DNA from: Leptogorgia sarmentosa
Lineage: Eukaryota
NCBI GenBank assembly: GCA_964658305.1
Contig: OZ210884.1
Location: 3,596,001 to 3,660,000 of the forward strand
DNA: 64,000 nucleotides
Reading direction: 5' to 3'
Below, one piece after another: positions 23,992 to 36,922 of the stretch; within the stretch, counting starts at the first letter, position 1; each line of letters begins with the position of its first letter. A model generated the notes under the pieces. It worked only from the letters and a program-made list of their open reading frames with translations. It was not told the DNA's origin and ran no database searches. Position numbers and translations under genes: made by a program.

Positions 23992-25880
23992 ATCTATGAG
24001 CACCCTTGCATGCTCGCGAGCACCTTGTTCGTCAATTCAAGTCATACAGCCTTACACTTAAATTAAAATGCAATATCTTATAGACAATTGAATAATTATG
24101 TGTGCACATGTTATCTACTCAAAAAAATGAATATGGACATTTGAATAACTGTAACAATAGGCGAAACGCATCCTTTTGAAGTGGAATATTGGCAGATCCG
24201 AGCGCAAGGATTTAAGCGAAATTAATTCCACGAGTTTTTGTTCAATTTATAACCATGGTACATGAACTTAAATTTCACAGGCAAAGAGAAATTGAATTCA
24301 GTTCAACTTAATGATCACTTTAGATTATTGACCTGTCAGTAAGCATGCAGCTGTGTTGAAAATGAATAAATGTATATTTTTGAGGCTGTGTATCTATGCA
24401 TTCTAGCCAATCAGATTGTTTTCTTTGCGGTACGGTATTTTTTAGGATAGGAACAGCTCAACTGGAGCGCTTTACACGGATTGCAAGCAGTGCACTGAAC
24501 AATAATAAAAGTATAATTCAAAATTGACTTCCATGTTTGAATTTATAACATCTTTAAACCAGTTGTTTAATAAAAAAATAATTTTTAATATGATATATAG
24601 GTGTTTAAATAATTTACTTGGGGATGCTTTCTTGTTTAATTTTGTCAATTTCCTCCTGCGAAACTTCATCAAACCGAGCGGCCATTTTGAATTTTAATTA
24701 TGAAAATTGTTATAGTCACCTCCTAGGAGGAGGTTTTCATGCAACCGCATGAAAATTTTCTTGTTTCTCTATTGTTATAGAAACACGAGTTTTTTGGAGC
24801 TCTCGACCAATCAACGCCCGTCTTTTTAAATGGCTATTTTATAATTTCAGACTACACGCCTATCCCACGTTATAAAACATTTGCAATAACAACAAAATAA
24901 TTCCATGGATTGGTCTATATGTAGCTATGTATGGACTCCAATAAAAGTTCTGTTTTTTTTTCAATAAAAACTTTATAATTGTCGAGGCAGGTGTTTTGAA
25001 TTATTATCAGTATTATTTCAGGGAGAGTGCAGTGTGCCAGAATTGTAGTGTAGCTCTGTGTTGATATATTAGGAATATTCTGCCCTCATTATTTGCTGCT
25101 CTGCAGATAATATGCACACTATATAAACGTTCTGGGGACTTATTCCTGCAATGATTCACCTGAATTTTAGTCTTGGTCCCATCCAAATATACCGTACCTA
25201 AAATTGTTACATGGTTCCAGTTGGAACCCCCCCCCCCCCCCCCACCTCCCTGCTAGTATGGATACGAGGCATGAAAATAACGTAGAAAAATTGCCCGTGA
25301 TGGTTTATGCGGATGAATGAACCTGTACCCGACGATCAAATTGGCCGTGATCGCGTATTGGGAATCTGAAATTTTAAATATTGCATTTCCCTATATCTGC
25401 TACCGAACTGGTGACGTCAGGCTTTTCTTTTTCGCTGCAAAATGAATGACCCAACGCTACTGTTCCATACACCCTAGAGTTCTTTGGTTCGTACATGCTG
25501 GCCTGCAGTTCAAATATCTACCGCTGCATATTTGATCGCGGTCATCATTAATCATTTGCATGAACAGTATGTTGTCAACAATCTTCAAACGCATGTCTAG
25601 ACGTACCATATCATTTTTCAAAATTCCGTTGAAATTCGCCGCTTTAGCTCACAAGATTAAAGGTATTTATTCCCAGTTCATGTCATGTACTTACAACAGC
25701 ATAATGTTCATGGATATTTTTCAGGATCTTGCAATTACTTCTTCAATAGAATCAGTTCATGAATTTCTGATCATGCTCAACTAACTCTAAATCAATATCC
25801 AGAACAATATCGATATCAACAGCTCCGTATAAAATTTTGCCATTCTCTGCATAACTGAGTTCTCACTGTAAGTTTTCTAG

Positions 25881-28800
25881 ATGATCGATGCTTGTAAGGG
25901 ATACTTAACACCGAAAAGATTTGGCATTGTCGCGTATGCATGTGTAATTCTTCACTGCCTCTGTGGAATTGTATTGACTGGTTGCACCATCGATTTGAGG
26001 GAAAGTGAGAGCGGAAAATTTTCCTGCACTGTTGATAGTAAAGCTTCATCCGCGTACAAAACACAGGTTGATCGGTCATGTTTTTTCAGATATGATGAAA
26101 CTTATAACTCTCCTCTGCGGCTGCACGCGTTTGTTTTACTGAGTATTGGACTCAGTGTTCTTATCAGTGTTAGTTATTCACTGGTGGCACGGAAGCGTGT
26201 CGACGAAATCGAGTCAAACCTGGCAGAGGAATATACAGAGAACAGAAGAACTGTCTATGTGTTCACGAGCTATTTCGTCCACCTTGTTCTGCGTGCGTTA
26301 CTTGGGATCATTTTTACTGTTTTACAACACGCATATTTCTATCGCGATGGTTTCGACTCGAAATTCAGCTGTAATTTGGCACTAACGGGTCAGGTAACAT
26401 CAAGTGACATAAACAAAGGAAATGGCGGCAGTCGTAATAGTACCTCAATAACATGTGAAAATGGAACTGCATCTGAAAAAATGGCATGGAGCATAGGTTT
26501 ATCCGTGGTAAACAGTATTGTTGCCTTCATAATACTTATTGAAGTGATTTATCTTTTGCGACGCTCAGTAATCCTGAAACGTCATTGTGAAGCTAGTTGG
26601 AATATTGATCTCGAATTTGTTACCGTCTATTTTCTCGGTAAACGATATACGATCCCTCGCGTCGATCAGGAAGGTATAGTATTCTGGACCAAATTATTCA
26701 AAACACTAGCTACGATCCTTATTTAGTTTCAAAGTTGACCAACAACACTCTTGGTAAACATTCAACATCGTCATTTTCAAATCCAACAGCAAACAAATTA
26801 AGAATAACTTTTCTCCCAGTCAGGACAACGAAATGATTATAAAGAAAGAAACTAGCTTCTTTAACTTGGGCCTAGCTCAAACGTCGCACTTTACATGAAC
26901 CGCTTGATCTCACTTTTAGGGATTGAGCTCATGTAAAGATCGGCGTCTGAATCAGTGAGTTAGTTTCGACTCATTTCGTCATGGTCAAACTTGGCAACCC
27001 AACGGCTGTCAGAATTACGACTTTGGATCGAGTCGCATTCAAACGTCGAACTTTACATAATATCCACAAGTGTCCTCGCATGATGGACGCCGCTATGATG
27101 GACTAATTGAATGAAAATGGCTCGAAATGACGGCTTCACTAGGTACCGTTCGACAAGGGTTCGATGTCTGAATCAACTAACCCTTTAGGACCTAATCATT
27201 CGACAGGATCGGTTTATGTGAAGTTCGACGTTTGAACTAGGCCTTAACTTCCTTACTAGATTCTTTAACCGCAAATCGACCAAATTCAAATTTCCACACT
27301 GCTCATATTGTATTATTTCGAATGCTGTAATTTCTTCAAACTAATGGAGTTGCATATAATTTAGACCTCTACCCTTGGGCAAAAATAGCCCTATGAAATA
27401 TTTCTATGAACTAAATAATCCTGATGTCGGTTAGGATTAAAGCTTTCAAATAATTAATAGAAACGCTGAAAGCTAATTTGAATTAATTTAAACAGTTTGA
27501 AATAAGTTGTTATGAGTTCATTTGAAAAGCAATCAGTCGGGAAGAACCTGTTTGGCGACGTAATTTAATACCGCTCTTGTTTTGTCTCTGCCTGCTACGT
27601 ACAAAAACAATATATATCCGGTCCTTCGACACAGATATAACTTCGTTGTAATATATCCCGTACTTATATAGTGACATACATTGCCAATGGCTGGTACCGG
27701 TTAGTATTGCTCTTTGTTTATCGCTAGTCAAAGTAGTCAAATAGCTAATTCATTATGTAAAGATTGTGTTCAAAATATTCCTAATTTCTAATAATTATAA
27801 GCATGCAGAACGGCGATAAAACGTGTACGTGCATGCGGTTAGTTTATAGTGTTTCTATTCCGATTCGCTCATCTCCTTTTGAATGTTCTTGATTTCATTG
27901 GACCAAAATACTGTATGTTGTATAACCAGGAAAACGTATTGCTTGAACGATCAGAGACCGGTTGTACAAAACTGAAAGTTTTCAACATTATATAGAACAA
28001 CGCGTATTTAGTGCATATCCTACATAGTGCACACTTTGGCTTATCAACCGTTCAGGCTTAACGTGCTTCGTACATCCGGCCGGGCCCCTGCTTTACTATA
28101 GATAAAGCTATCTATCCAGCGTTTTGGCTCACATTTTCGATTTTAAAAAGGCATTTTAGCGATCTATGTACGTTGGACAGATAAGACAAATAATTAAATA
28201 AATGTTGCTACGTTGTAGTGTCATAAGCAATTGGGGGCACTGTGAAACCTCAACGTCTATATTATGTTTGCATTTTCAAAATGGATTATTTGTACAACTT
28301 TTTAATGTATCGAATGTAATAGAGGAAGAAGGCATCGCTATTCCTAGGCCAAAAAATATAGTTTATTGACAATTTCGCCACAATATTTGTTCGCGTGTGT
28401 TATCTGAGAAACGCAGCATGTAAACAGACACCCACTTTCGACTTTTCACAAGACACAATAATTTCGATTCCTTATATTTCATCCACATAGACGTATATGA
28501 ACGTTCTGTTATGTGATAGACAAATCGATTATATGAATAAAATAGATAACAGTTTATTTGCCGTTTTGGCTATTATCAGAAAGATACAAGATAAAGATTA
28601 TCAGTAAGAGTACGCTGCTTTGGCTTAGCGGGGATTGAGCTGCCATGGCTTTCAATTAAATTACTCTTAAGAAATAAATTCTTGAAACAAGGCTCGATCC
28701 TCTATAAACGTTCTGTTTTGATAGACGAATCGATTATATGAATGAAATAAATAACAGTTTGTCGTTTTGGCTGTTATCAGAAAGATAACATGCATGATTT

Positions 28801-31800
28801 GTTCGTGGTTTGATCACACAGTCAGTTCCGGTCGTCTAGCGGGAAGTGCGCTGCTTTGCTTATTAAGAATGTGCTTAAAAGCTCTAAAAATATAGACATC
28901 AAGAGAAAATTTAACAATGACGAAACGTGCTGATTTTTTTAATCTTGCCTATGGTTTAGGTTAATTTGTATATGCGCTATTCGAAAAATGCAATTTTCGC
29001 CGTTAGTCTTGGCAGAATACCACACCGTTCAAAACTAAACAATTCCATTTCCTTTTAGGTAAAGATACGACAGACACCCATGCAGTGATCATGAGAGAAC
29101 CAACAGGTTGGCAAATAATAACTGATCAACTTCAATATGTGCGCGGGCACCGTAGCCAGCGGATGACAACATCAACAAGCTCTTCCTCATGTTCCTCAGT
29201 TCTACTCACTAGCTAAACGATACAATAAGATTGCACGTTTGGAACAAAAAAGGCTCTTCGTTTGTTATAAACAACTTATTTAAATGTTAGCTGAATTTTA
29301 TTCCAAACATATAACTTTTATAATGAATATAAAAATATATTTGTGTCAAATCATGGCCAGAAATAGTGGATATGATTGCGAAATTATACAGCTAGGCCAT
29401 GGAATATTAATTCACTCACACGCTATGTATTGCAATAATGTTTTATTTTACACAAAAACATGACTAAAGTGCCAACTGATATTTTTAAATAACCAAAACT
29501 GAATTATCTCAGCTATAGCAGAGGGCAAAGGTGAATTGAAATAATAATCAGAATGTACTGATATCTCAGAGACTGCACTGATCTCTGACTAATTATATAT
29601 CGATTTCTATTCTGTAGAGACTGATGATCAACCAGACACTCGAACGGCCGTTATTGCCGGTAAAACAACATTATATTTCATCATTTTACTCGCGTAGTAG
29701 TTTAAGTACCTGAAATCGCCCGGGTTGTTTATTGATTACTGTATGTCAGCTTTTTTTTATAGAAAACCGTGTTTCATCATCATCATCACACACACAAGAA
29801 ACGAATACCGGTAATTATTTTTTTATTTGTGCATGCCTAGTGATATTTTTTTATTTCCTGCAATCTGATTGGCTGCAGCAGCGGGCGGCTTTTTACGATA
29901 TCTTGACCGTGGTCCAAAAGTGTTATTTTTTAGCGACTTAGTTTGTTTACAAAGACTCCCTTTAAATTTTTAAAGTTTTTTTAGAACATTCAAAACGAAT
30001 TTAGGCGATAAAGAACAGATGAAAGTTCATTTTATTATGCTAAAGGATATTTTAGGGGATATTTACAGCAACAAAAACAAGTCTGATCAGTATGAACAAA
30101 ACAAAACATTCTCGGCGAAATATTTCGGTGTCTAAAGCGTATTTTAACCATGTTTATATCGTGAAACGAACGGGAAAATAAATAATTTTAATAAGTTTAC
30201 CTTTTTCATTGTAATGTTGAGATGAAAAGCATCAATATTGAAGCAAATGCGTCAATATTGAAGTGTTTTTTCTCACTTCGTCTTGGCTGTTTAGCAGCCA
30301 TACTTGCGATAGAGTAGCAAAGTAAACAAACACAACTGATCTCAAATCTAGTTTGCAACACTGGAATTTCTTATGAGCTTTATTATAGCTTCGAGCATAA
30401 AAAAAATAAATAATTTATTTACCATTTAGGTCGGTCCGTACTGGAAAATATTTTATCTCGGTCTCAAAAACGCCCCTCGGCCTTCGGCCTCGGTCCGTTT
30501 TTAAGACCTCGACAAAATATTTTCCAGTACGGACCTCCCAGCCGGTAAATAACATATATATATTTAATGTTGTAACAATTTAATGTTGTCGTGTCCTCAA
30601 GTAGTGATCGGGAACATCAAAAATCAACCGCTGTAAAACTTGCCCTATATAAATGAAAGTTCCCCTAGGAATCACAGAAACTAGGTATATAGTATAAATA
30701 TGTTTTCATAAGCCGTGTTTACATTGCAGTGGTTTACTTGCCTGTACCTAGCCTATAGCTGGCCAAAGTAATTAGTGTGAACCGGTTTTTACTTCTTCTG
30801 GACCTAACCCAGACCACAAATTATAGGCCAATCAAAAGAGATGACCTACCCTGGACTCAACCTATCCTAGACCAATACATTTTCTTGATGTGAAGAGCTT
30901 TTACTGTCCAATCAACACAGGAAAGCGTTGTTGCTATGGTCTCTCGAGCCCACAATAGCAATTGGTCAGATGAGATAAATTAAACAGCTGGGAAATTCGT
31001 TTGAGCATGCGCGAATTCGAATGCATGGTGCGCGTGAAAATTTTGTGCGCTGCGGGAATTTTCAAAATCTAATATGTAAAAAAATTGGCGGCAAACATTT
31101 TAGTACATTTTGCGTAATAATTCCCTTTGTTTATTTAGTTACAACTTAGAGAAAGACCCCTATAAGTCTCTAGTTTGCCACAAATATGTGAAAACGTTGG
31201 AAACCGTAGGAAAAAGCCGTCCACCACGTCGCGACTTCGATGCTTGCTTTGTCCTGTGTATAGTGTCGTCCAAAAATGCAAGCTGTTTTTTTACAACCCA
31301 AAGCCTGTAGGCGCAATTTTGAGAGGAAATCAACACGTTCATCGTTTAGGCATACAATTAAATAATAAAATTAATTACGATTGAAATGATTTTGGAGCAA
31401 CAGGCAGAATTTTTTAAAATTAGCTTCGAATGAGAAAAGCCCTTTCCTCCAACAGCAACAAAAATAACGTCAAATTCGAATTTCCAGGCACAAAAATCAG
31501 ACCAATTAGAGCTGGTTAATTGCAATAAAACATATTTATAATATCATTAAAGTCTGTGACTAAAGATGAAACTGCGTTTTAAAACATAAAAACTTTGTAA
31601 CTGTACATTGTCGAGGTTGAATCCAAAAGTTAATAACTCGTGTCAGTGTGGACAGCACCCTAGATGTTAAAATCATATATTATCGACTGGAGGATACTAC
31701 ACGCGGTCGTGTTCTTTTTTCCTTGTTTGTTGATCGAACTGCAGCGAGGGATTTTCAAATTGTTTTTAAAATTACACCGATAAACGGCTAATTACGATAT

Positions 31801-33988
31801 GATATACCATGTCCCAAAATGTAGTTAATAAGAATAACTGAACTAGCTACTTGAAAACATATCAACCGCACTTCTTTCATTCAGTCTTATAACACACTCC
31901 TGTTGTCTTTTTAATTGTAGGTGCTGCTGCTTCTGCAGCGGATTTTTTCGAACAGATCTGTGAAAAAAAGCGTTTAAGACTCGGCGACATTAATCCCAAT
32001 GTTTTAAAAAGAGCTTCTGACTTGCTTAATATTGACGACGCGTTGGACAATGATTGGCGAACTTTAGCTGGTATACTTGGATACATTGCAACAGATGTCC
32101 AGGTAGGCCAATAATCAATAGATCAGAGAAAAATCGTGTGGAACGTATACAGGCTGTTCAATTTGATTACTACCAGTGGGCAGACGTATAGCCGCGAAGC
32201 GGAGTCTTTAAATGCTTTTTATAATGCCGGCTCATGCGGATTGGAAATTAATTAAAAAACAAGTGATTTCAAAAGAAATCTATCCTAGAGAATACGAATA
32301 TACGAACATGTACCCCCAATTCATCCAAATTAACGCTCTGTTTATAAAATGATCCAAACGTCAACGAAAATACCGACTATAACCAAACAGGTTCTGCAAC
32401 CGGACTTCACATTCCAATGCCAAATTCTTTTACAAAAAGCTTTTGCTATTATTGAGCAAATATATGGAATCAGATACCTGATGAGATAACGAGCTTATTA
32501 TCGCTAGCTTCGTGTTGCAAAAAGTTTGTTCATCGACCTCTGATTTCACTTCTTGGTCTCAGTGGTTTTTATTTGTTCGTAAATATATTTATTTTTTTCC
32601 GGTCCGTAACTCCCGGTCCGTAATCTAAATAGAGCTTTCTGATTGGTTGCTGAGCGGTCCGTATCCTACGGTACGGACCGCTCGCATTCTCGTAGATACA
32701 AATATAGTCAATGTTTTTGTTTTTTAAAATTGAATGGCCGCTTTTTAAAACATTCAAAACGAATTTAGGCGATAAAGAACACATGAAAGTTCATTTTATT
32801 ATGCTAAGGGATATTTTAGGGGGTATTTACAGCGACGAAAACTCATAAGTATCAACAAAGTCTCATCAGTATGAACAAAACAAAACATTCTCGGCGAAAT
32901 ATTTCGGTGTCTAAAGCGTATTTTAACCATGTTTGTATCGTGAAACGAACGGGAAAATAAATAATTTTAATAAGTTTACCTTTTCCGCAGTAATGTTGAG
33001 TGGAAAAGTCGTCAATATTGAAGAAAAGGCGTCAATATTGAAGGGTTTTTTCTCACTTCGTCTTGGCTGTTTAGCAGCCATACATGCATGCGATAGAGTA
33101 GCAAAGTAAACAAACACAACTGACATCAAAATCTAGTTCGCAACACTAGTGGAATTTTTGACGAATTTTATCATAGCATCGAGGGGAAAAAAATAAATAA
33201 GTTATTTACCATTTAGGTCGGTCCGTACTGGAAAATATTTCGTCTCGGTCTCAAAAACGTCCCTCGGCCTTCGGCCTCGGGCCGTTTTTGAGACCTTGAC
33301 AAAATATTTTCCAGTACGGACCTCCCAGCTGGTAAATAACATATATATATTTTATAGCTACATAGGTGGAGTTTATAACTTTTGAAAATATCTTCTTTTG
33401 TCACACCTCTTTTGTAAACCTCGGCTTTTGCGGAGAAGACTTAGTGCGTTTAAATGAAATCGATCATCATCATCAATATCGTATCAAAATCATCCCATGC
33501 AGTACTCCTGAAAATGGGTTTATAGAGGTTGCTCAATGAACTGAATTTATATTCCTGAGGTGGAAACAAACAACCATAAACATTTTTAATCGAATCCTTT
33601 AAAATTCTCATTAAATCAGCAGTCTTCAAACAGCAGTCTTCTCAGCTTGTTTCCATGAATAAAGAGACAGTTTTCTAAGTTAAATTTTATAACAGGGATT
33701 ATTTTTCAGGTTTTTTATTATTGTTGTAAATACATTTAAAACTGTTTTCAAGGAATTGTCAACTTATCTCCTATTCAGATTTTTGAAAGTTCGACCAGTA
33801 GCGTCAAACAGACCACTCCTGCCAGACGAATGTTGGATCAATGGGGGAATGCAGACGATAACAATGTGGAAAAACTTGTCGACGCTCTCAGGAAGATGAA
33901 AAATCGGCGCGTGATGGAAATGTTTCAGAAAGAATTAAAAAAGAAGGAAGAATCCTGCAACTGCCCCGATTGTAAACATTTAACGTGA
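25881..33988 (+). CDS. Connexin-like four-transmembrane protein fused to a C-terminal death domain (~424 aa, 5 coding exons)
   Basis: Exons 25881-26673 (4 TM, phase 1), 29059-29106 (GKDTTDTHAVIMREPT), 29618-29659 (ETDDQPDTRTAVIA), 31921-32102 (...LLNIDDALDNDWRTLAGILGYIATDVQ), 33779-33988 (IFESST...TPARRMLDQWG...NVEKLVDALRKMKNRRVMEMF...CNCPDCKHLT*). All introns are GT-AG and in phase. The two micro-exons are less certain but frame-neutral. Confidence 0.8.
26868..27244. mobile_element. MITE, PIF/Harbinger-like
   Basis: TIR GGCCTAG(C/T)TCAAACGTCG(C/A)ACTT(T/C)ACAT at both ends. Related termini (gttcgacgtctgaaacgggcc) occur inside 991-1335. Confidence 0.75.
29838..30562. mobile_element. Hairpin-ended non-autonomous element, copy 1 (GGCCTTCGGCC loop)
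   Basis: ~575 bp shared with 32749-33350. Terminal palindrome at ~30415-30555. CTGATTGGCTG near the other end. Confidence 0.8.
32583..33350. mobile_element. Hairpin-ended non-autonomous element, copy 2
   Basis: Direct repeat of 29985-30560 with a different left end that also contains CTGATTGGTTG. Confidence 0.8.
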
Positions 33989-36922
33989 ACGAATTCTAAG
34001 TTAATTTTTCTTGGCATTTCTCATTCTCAAACAATTGATGATAGCTAGAACAAGACCTTTTAAATTTAATTAGCTACTCTCTCACCATTTTGTCCTGAAA
34101 CTACCAATCACTATTTTCAGCTTTACTGAAATCAGTATATGACTTGTAATCATGCACAGCAATTTTCAACCTAATCTGTGGCTAACCTAATCTTTCAGTT
34201 TTTAACCTATAATCTTCAGTCGAACAATCATAATATTTATTGATAATGCTGAAACAACCAATCAGATTTAATAATTATCAGCAGCTAACTAAAACATAGA
34301 AACAAATTATACACATGTTTTACTCTTGAGAATTTTATGCTTGTAAAAAGATTAAGTACTAGATAATTCTCTAGCTAGGAATTGTAATTATATTTCACAA
34401 TAAACAATTGGAAATTCAGTGACAAAATCTCCTATGAAACATAATCGGTGTGACCAAAGCAACGAGCGAACAGGGACAGTTTGTTGCTTCATTTATCATA
34501 GTTCAAAAGAATAAAAACGCACCCTATAATATACGTTCAAAATATCCTGCGTTGTTCTTCAATCTTTATGGATGACCGCCATTTTGATGATATTTTTGCA
34601 GGGTTTCCGACGTGTACAAATACGGTGTTTTAACAAATCTCATTTGCAATTGTTGGTATAATACAGTATCTAGGAGGGAGCATACCAAATCCCACTTTCC
34701 AAAAAATTTTCAGTAGATTTCAAATTGAATATAATATATATAGCTAGCGGAATCATACTCCGTGTCATGCAATTTTGGTCTGAAATCAAACTTTTGCATT
34801 TGATTATAAATTACCATTATAAATTTGTTGTACTTATCATGAAGAATATTATATTGTTCGCATCACCGTGGAGTAACTGTTTATTAATTCTTTGCCCCAA
34901 ACCTTTCAACCCGATCGATTGTCGGCTGGAACAATCCGTCTGACTATATGGTCATGTTCAGGAATCTTCTTGACTCCCCGTGATTTCCGTTATTTTAACG
35001 ATGGTACAGCATAGCTATATCGGTTTTCTCTTCCTGAATATTCACTGAATGACAACGACAACATTAGATTAAATAAGAAGAAAATGATAGGCCTTCTTGA
35101 AGAAGAAGATGTAAGCAAATTAACCAGACAAAAGTGATAATATTATCAAATGAGTAATAAAACAATTATTGAACTCGGTTCTTGCAAAATATCGTGATTT
35201 TTCGGTTGCTTGCAGGTCAATCTGCTTGCGCACGACAAATCACGATATTTCGCTCCACCTCGTCCAATGATTGATAATTTTTGTATGCCGCTGTGAAAAA
35301 AAAAACTTTATGGCAACCGTAGTTCCCAAATAAAGCCATGTAAATATTCTCAATTAATAAGGATTGAAGACACAAGTGAACCGATTAAAGAGACTCAAAA
35401 ACACTGCCTTGAATACCAGTAAAAAATAAACTATTAGCCGGTCATTAATTTTAAGTGTTAATAATTGCAATTTCAATTAGCGGTCTTTTGTAATCAGTTT
35501 TGCGTGGGAGATTGTAAAGCAAACAGACCTTCATTGTAGTCATTTTGCGTGGGAGAAAAGAACACAAAGACTTTACTCTCCTAATTCAATAGATAGAAAA
35601 TTTCAATCTTTCAACAGTCTGAAAATAAGTCAATCTAACAGATTGAATTAAGATTGAAAAATGCTGTTTCAGTGTGTAATTCGATTTAAAGTAAGACAAC
35701 TGAGAATCATGTCAAACTTTGTAATGATTTGACATTCTAAGCCAATCATATTTGATAAACTTCGCGAGTGCGGCAATAGCATTTTCTAGTCTCAATCGCT
35801 CGAAATAAGGTAAATAAATGGCAATAGAAAATGTTTGGTACCTAAAAACAATCCCTAAGAGATTGTTCTTAATACGGTTTGATAATGCCTAACGGCCGGA
35901 AATGATTTTTATATAACAAATGATCCGATTGACAAAATTTGTAAGAAAAACCCCGAAATAGTTAAATTTAAACAACAGCGTTGAAAAGGATACCCAACAG
36001 TTGCTATTATCCAAATTTTGTATATAGAGGATATTACACGACGGTGCGAAGATATGAAATTTATCTTCGAGTGGTGAAAACAATATTTTACGAATGAGCG
36101 CAGCGAATGAGTAAAATATCTTTTACCACGCGAAGAATAGGAAATCGTATTCCCACGACAAGAATACGTTGAAAGACTGCAATTATCCGAGCTGACCTCT
36201 CTTTTTCGATCGACGGCAGGACCTGCATAATTATGTGATAAATGACTTGCCGACACAGTACTTCTCGCTAACAGTTCTGACGATGAACCGACCGTTATGG
36301 CGTGCTGCCGGGAACGGGAGCCTAAAACTACAGAGCAAGAATAACTACTGACGTGAGGCTTTTCGCAGTTAAATAACTGAGCGCTTCAGATATCATAGGG
36401 CTCACGGCTTTCACCTTGCCTTGGATTACCCAATCTCCCGGAGGTAATATAGCCACGCGGAATTACAATCTTGGAAAAAATATTCGTAGACCTCAAATTA
36501 GAACAAGCAGCGTCAAAATTGAATTTCGCCATTAGCACCCTCCCTTCACCACCATTGGTTCACGTGGTATGAATTTAAAATGATGTTGCTTTGGGGGCAG
36601 AGGAGGTGATATATAATTCAAAAATTTTGAGTTCATTTCCAAGATTGTAGTACCCTCTGAGTAGGCTCACACCTGGAACATGGTATGAATCCACGTTGTA
36701 GGGATTAGGTTTGCACAACAATGCAACCGGCCAAGGCATTTAAGCAAAGAAAAGCACTCAAAATCAACTTTTATGCAATTCTACTTTTTTTAATCACAAT
36801 TACTACAAACAATTTTTACTAAAAACATTTTTTCTACAAAAATCTAAGTTACTTCTTTGTGTGCAACTTCTACAGGATCATGCTATCGCTCATGAATTTC
36901 ATTCCTTCTTTCCGTTCCTTCA

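Noticed and set aside
25412..25419. CRE palindrome TGACGTCA upstream of the 4-TM/DD gene (also a kB-like GGGAATTTTC at ~31054)
   Set aside because: Single short motifs are expected by chance and the TSS is unknown.
27930..28350. Extra candidate micro-exons for the connexin-like/DD gene (27930, 28323)
   Set aside because: Phase-incompatible with an in-frame stop, or lacking a GT donor.
28495..28790. Local ~90-bp direct duplication in an intron
   Set aside because: Ordinary degenerate duplication with no further structure.
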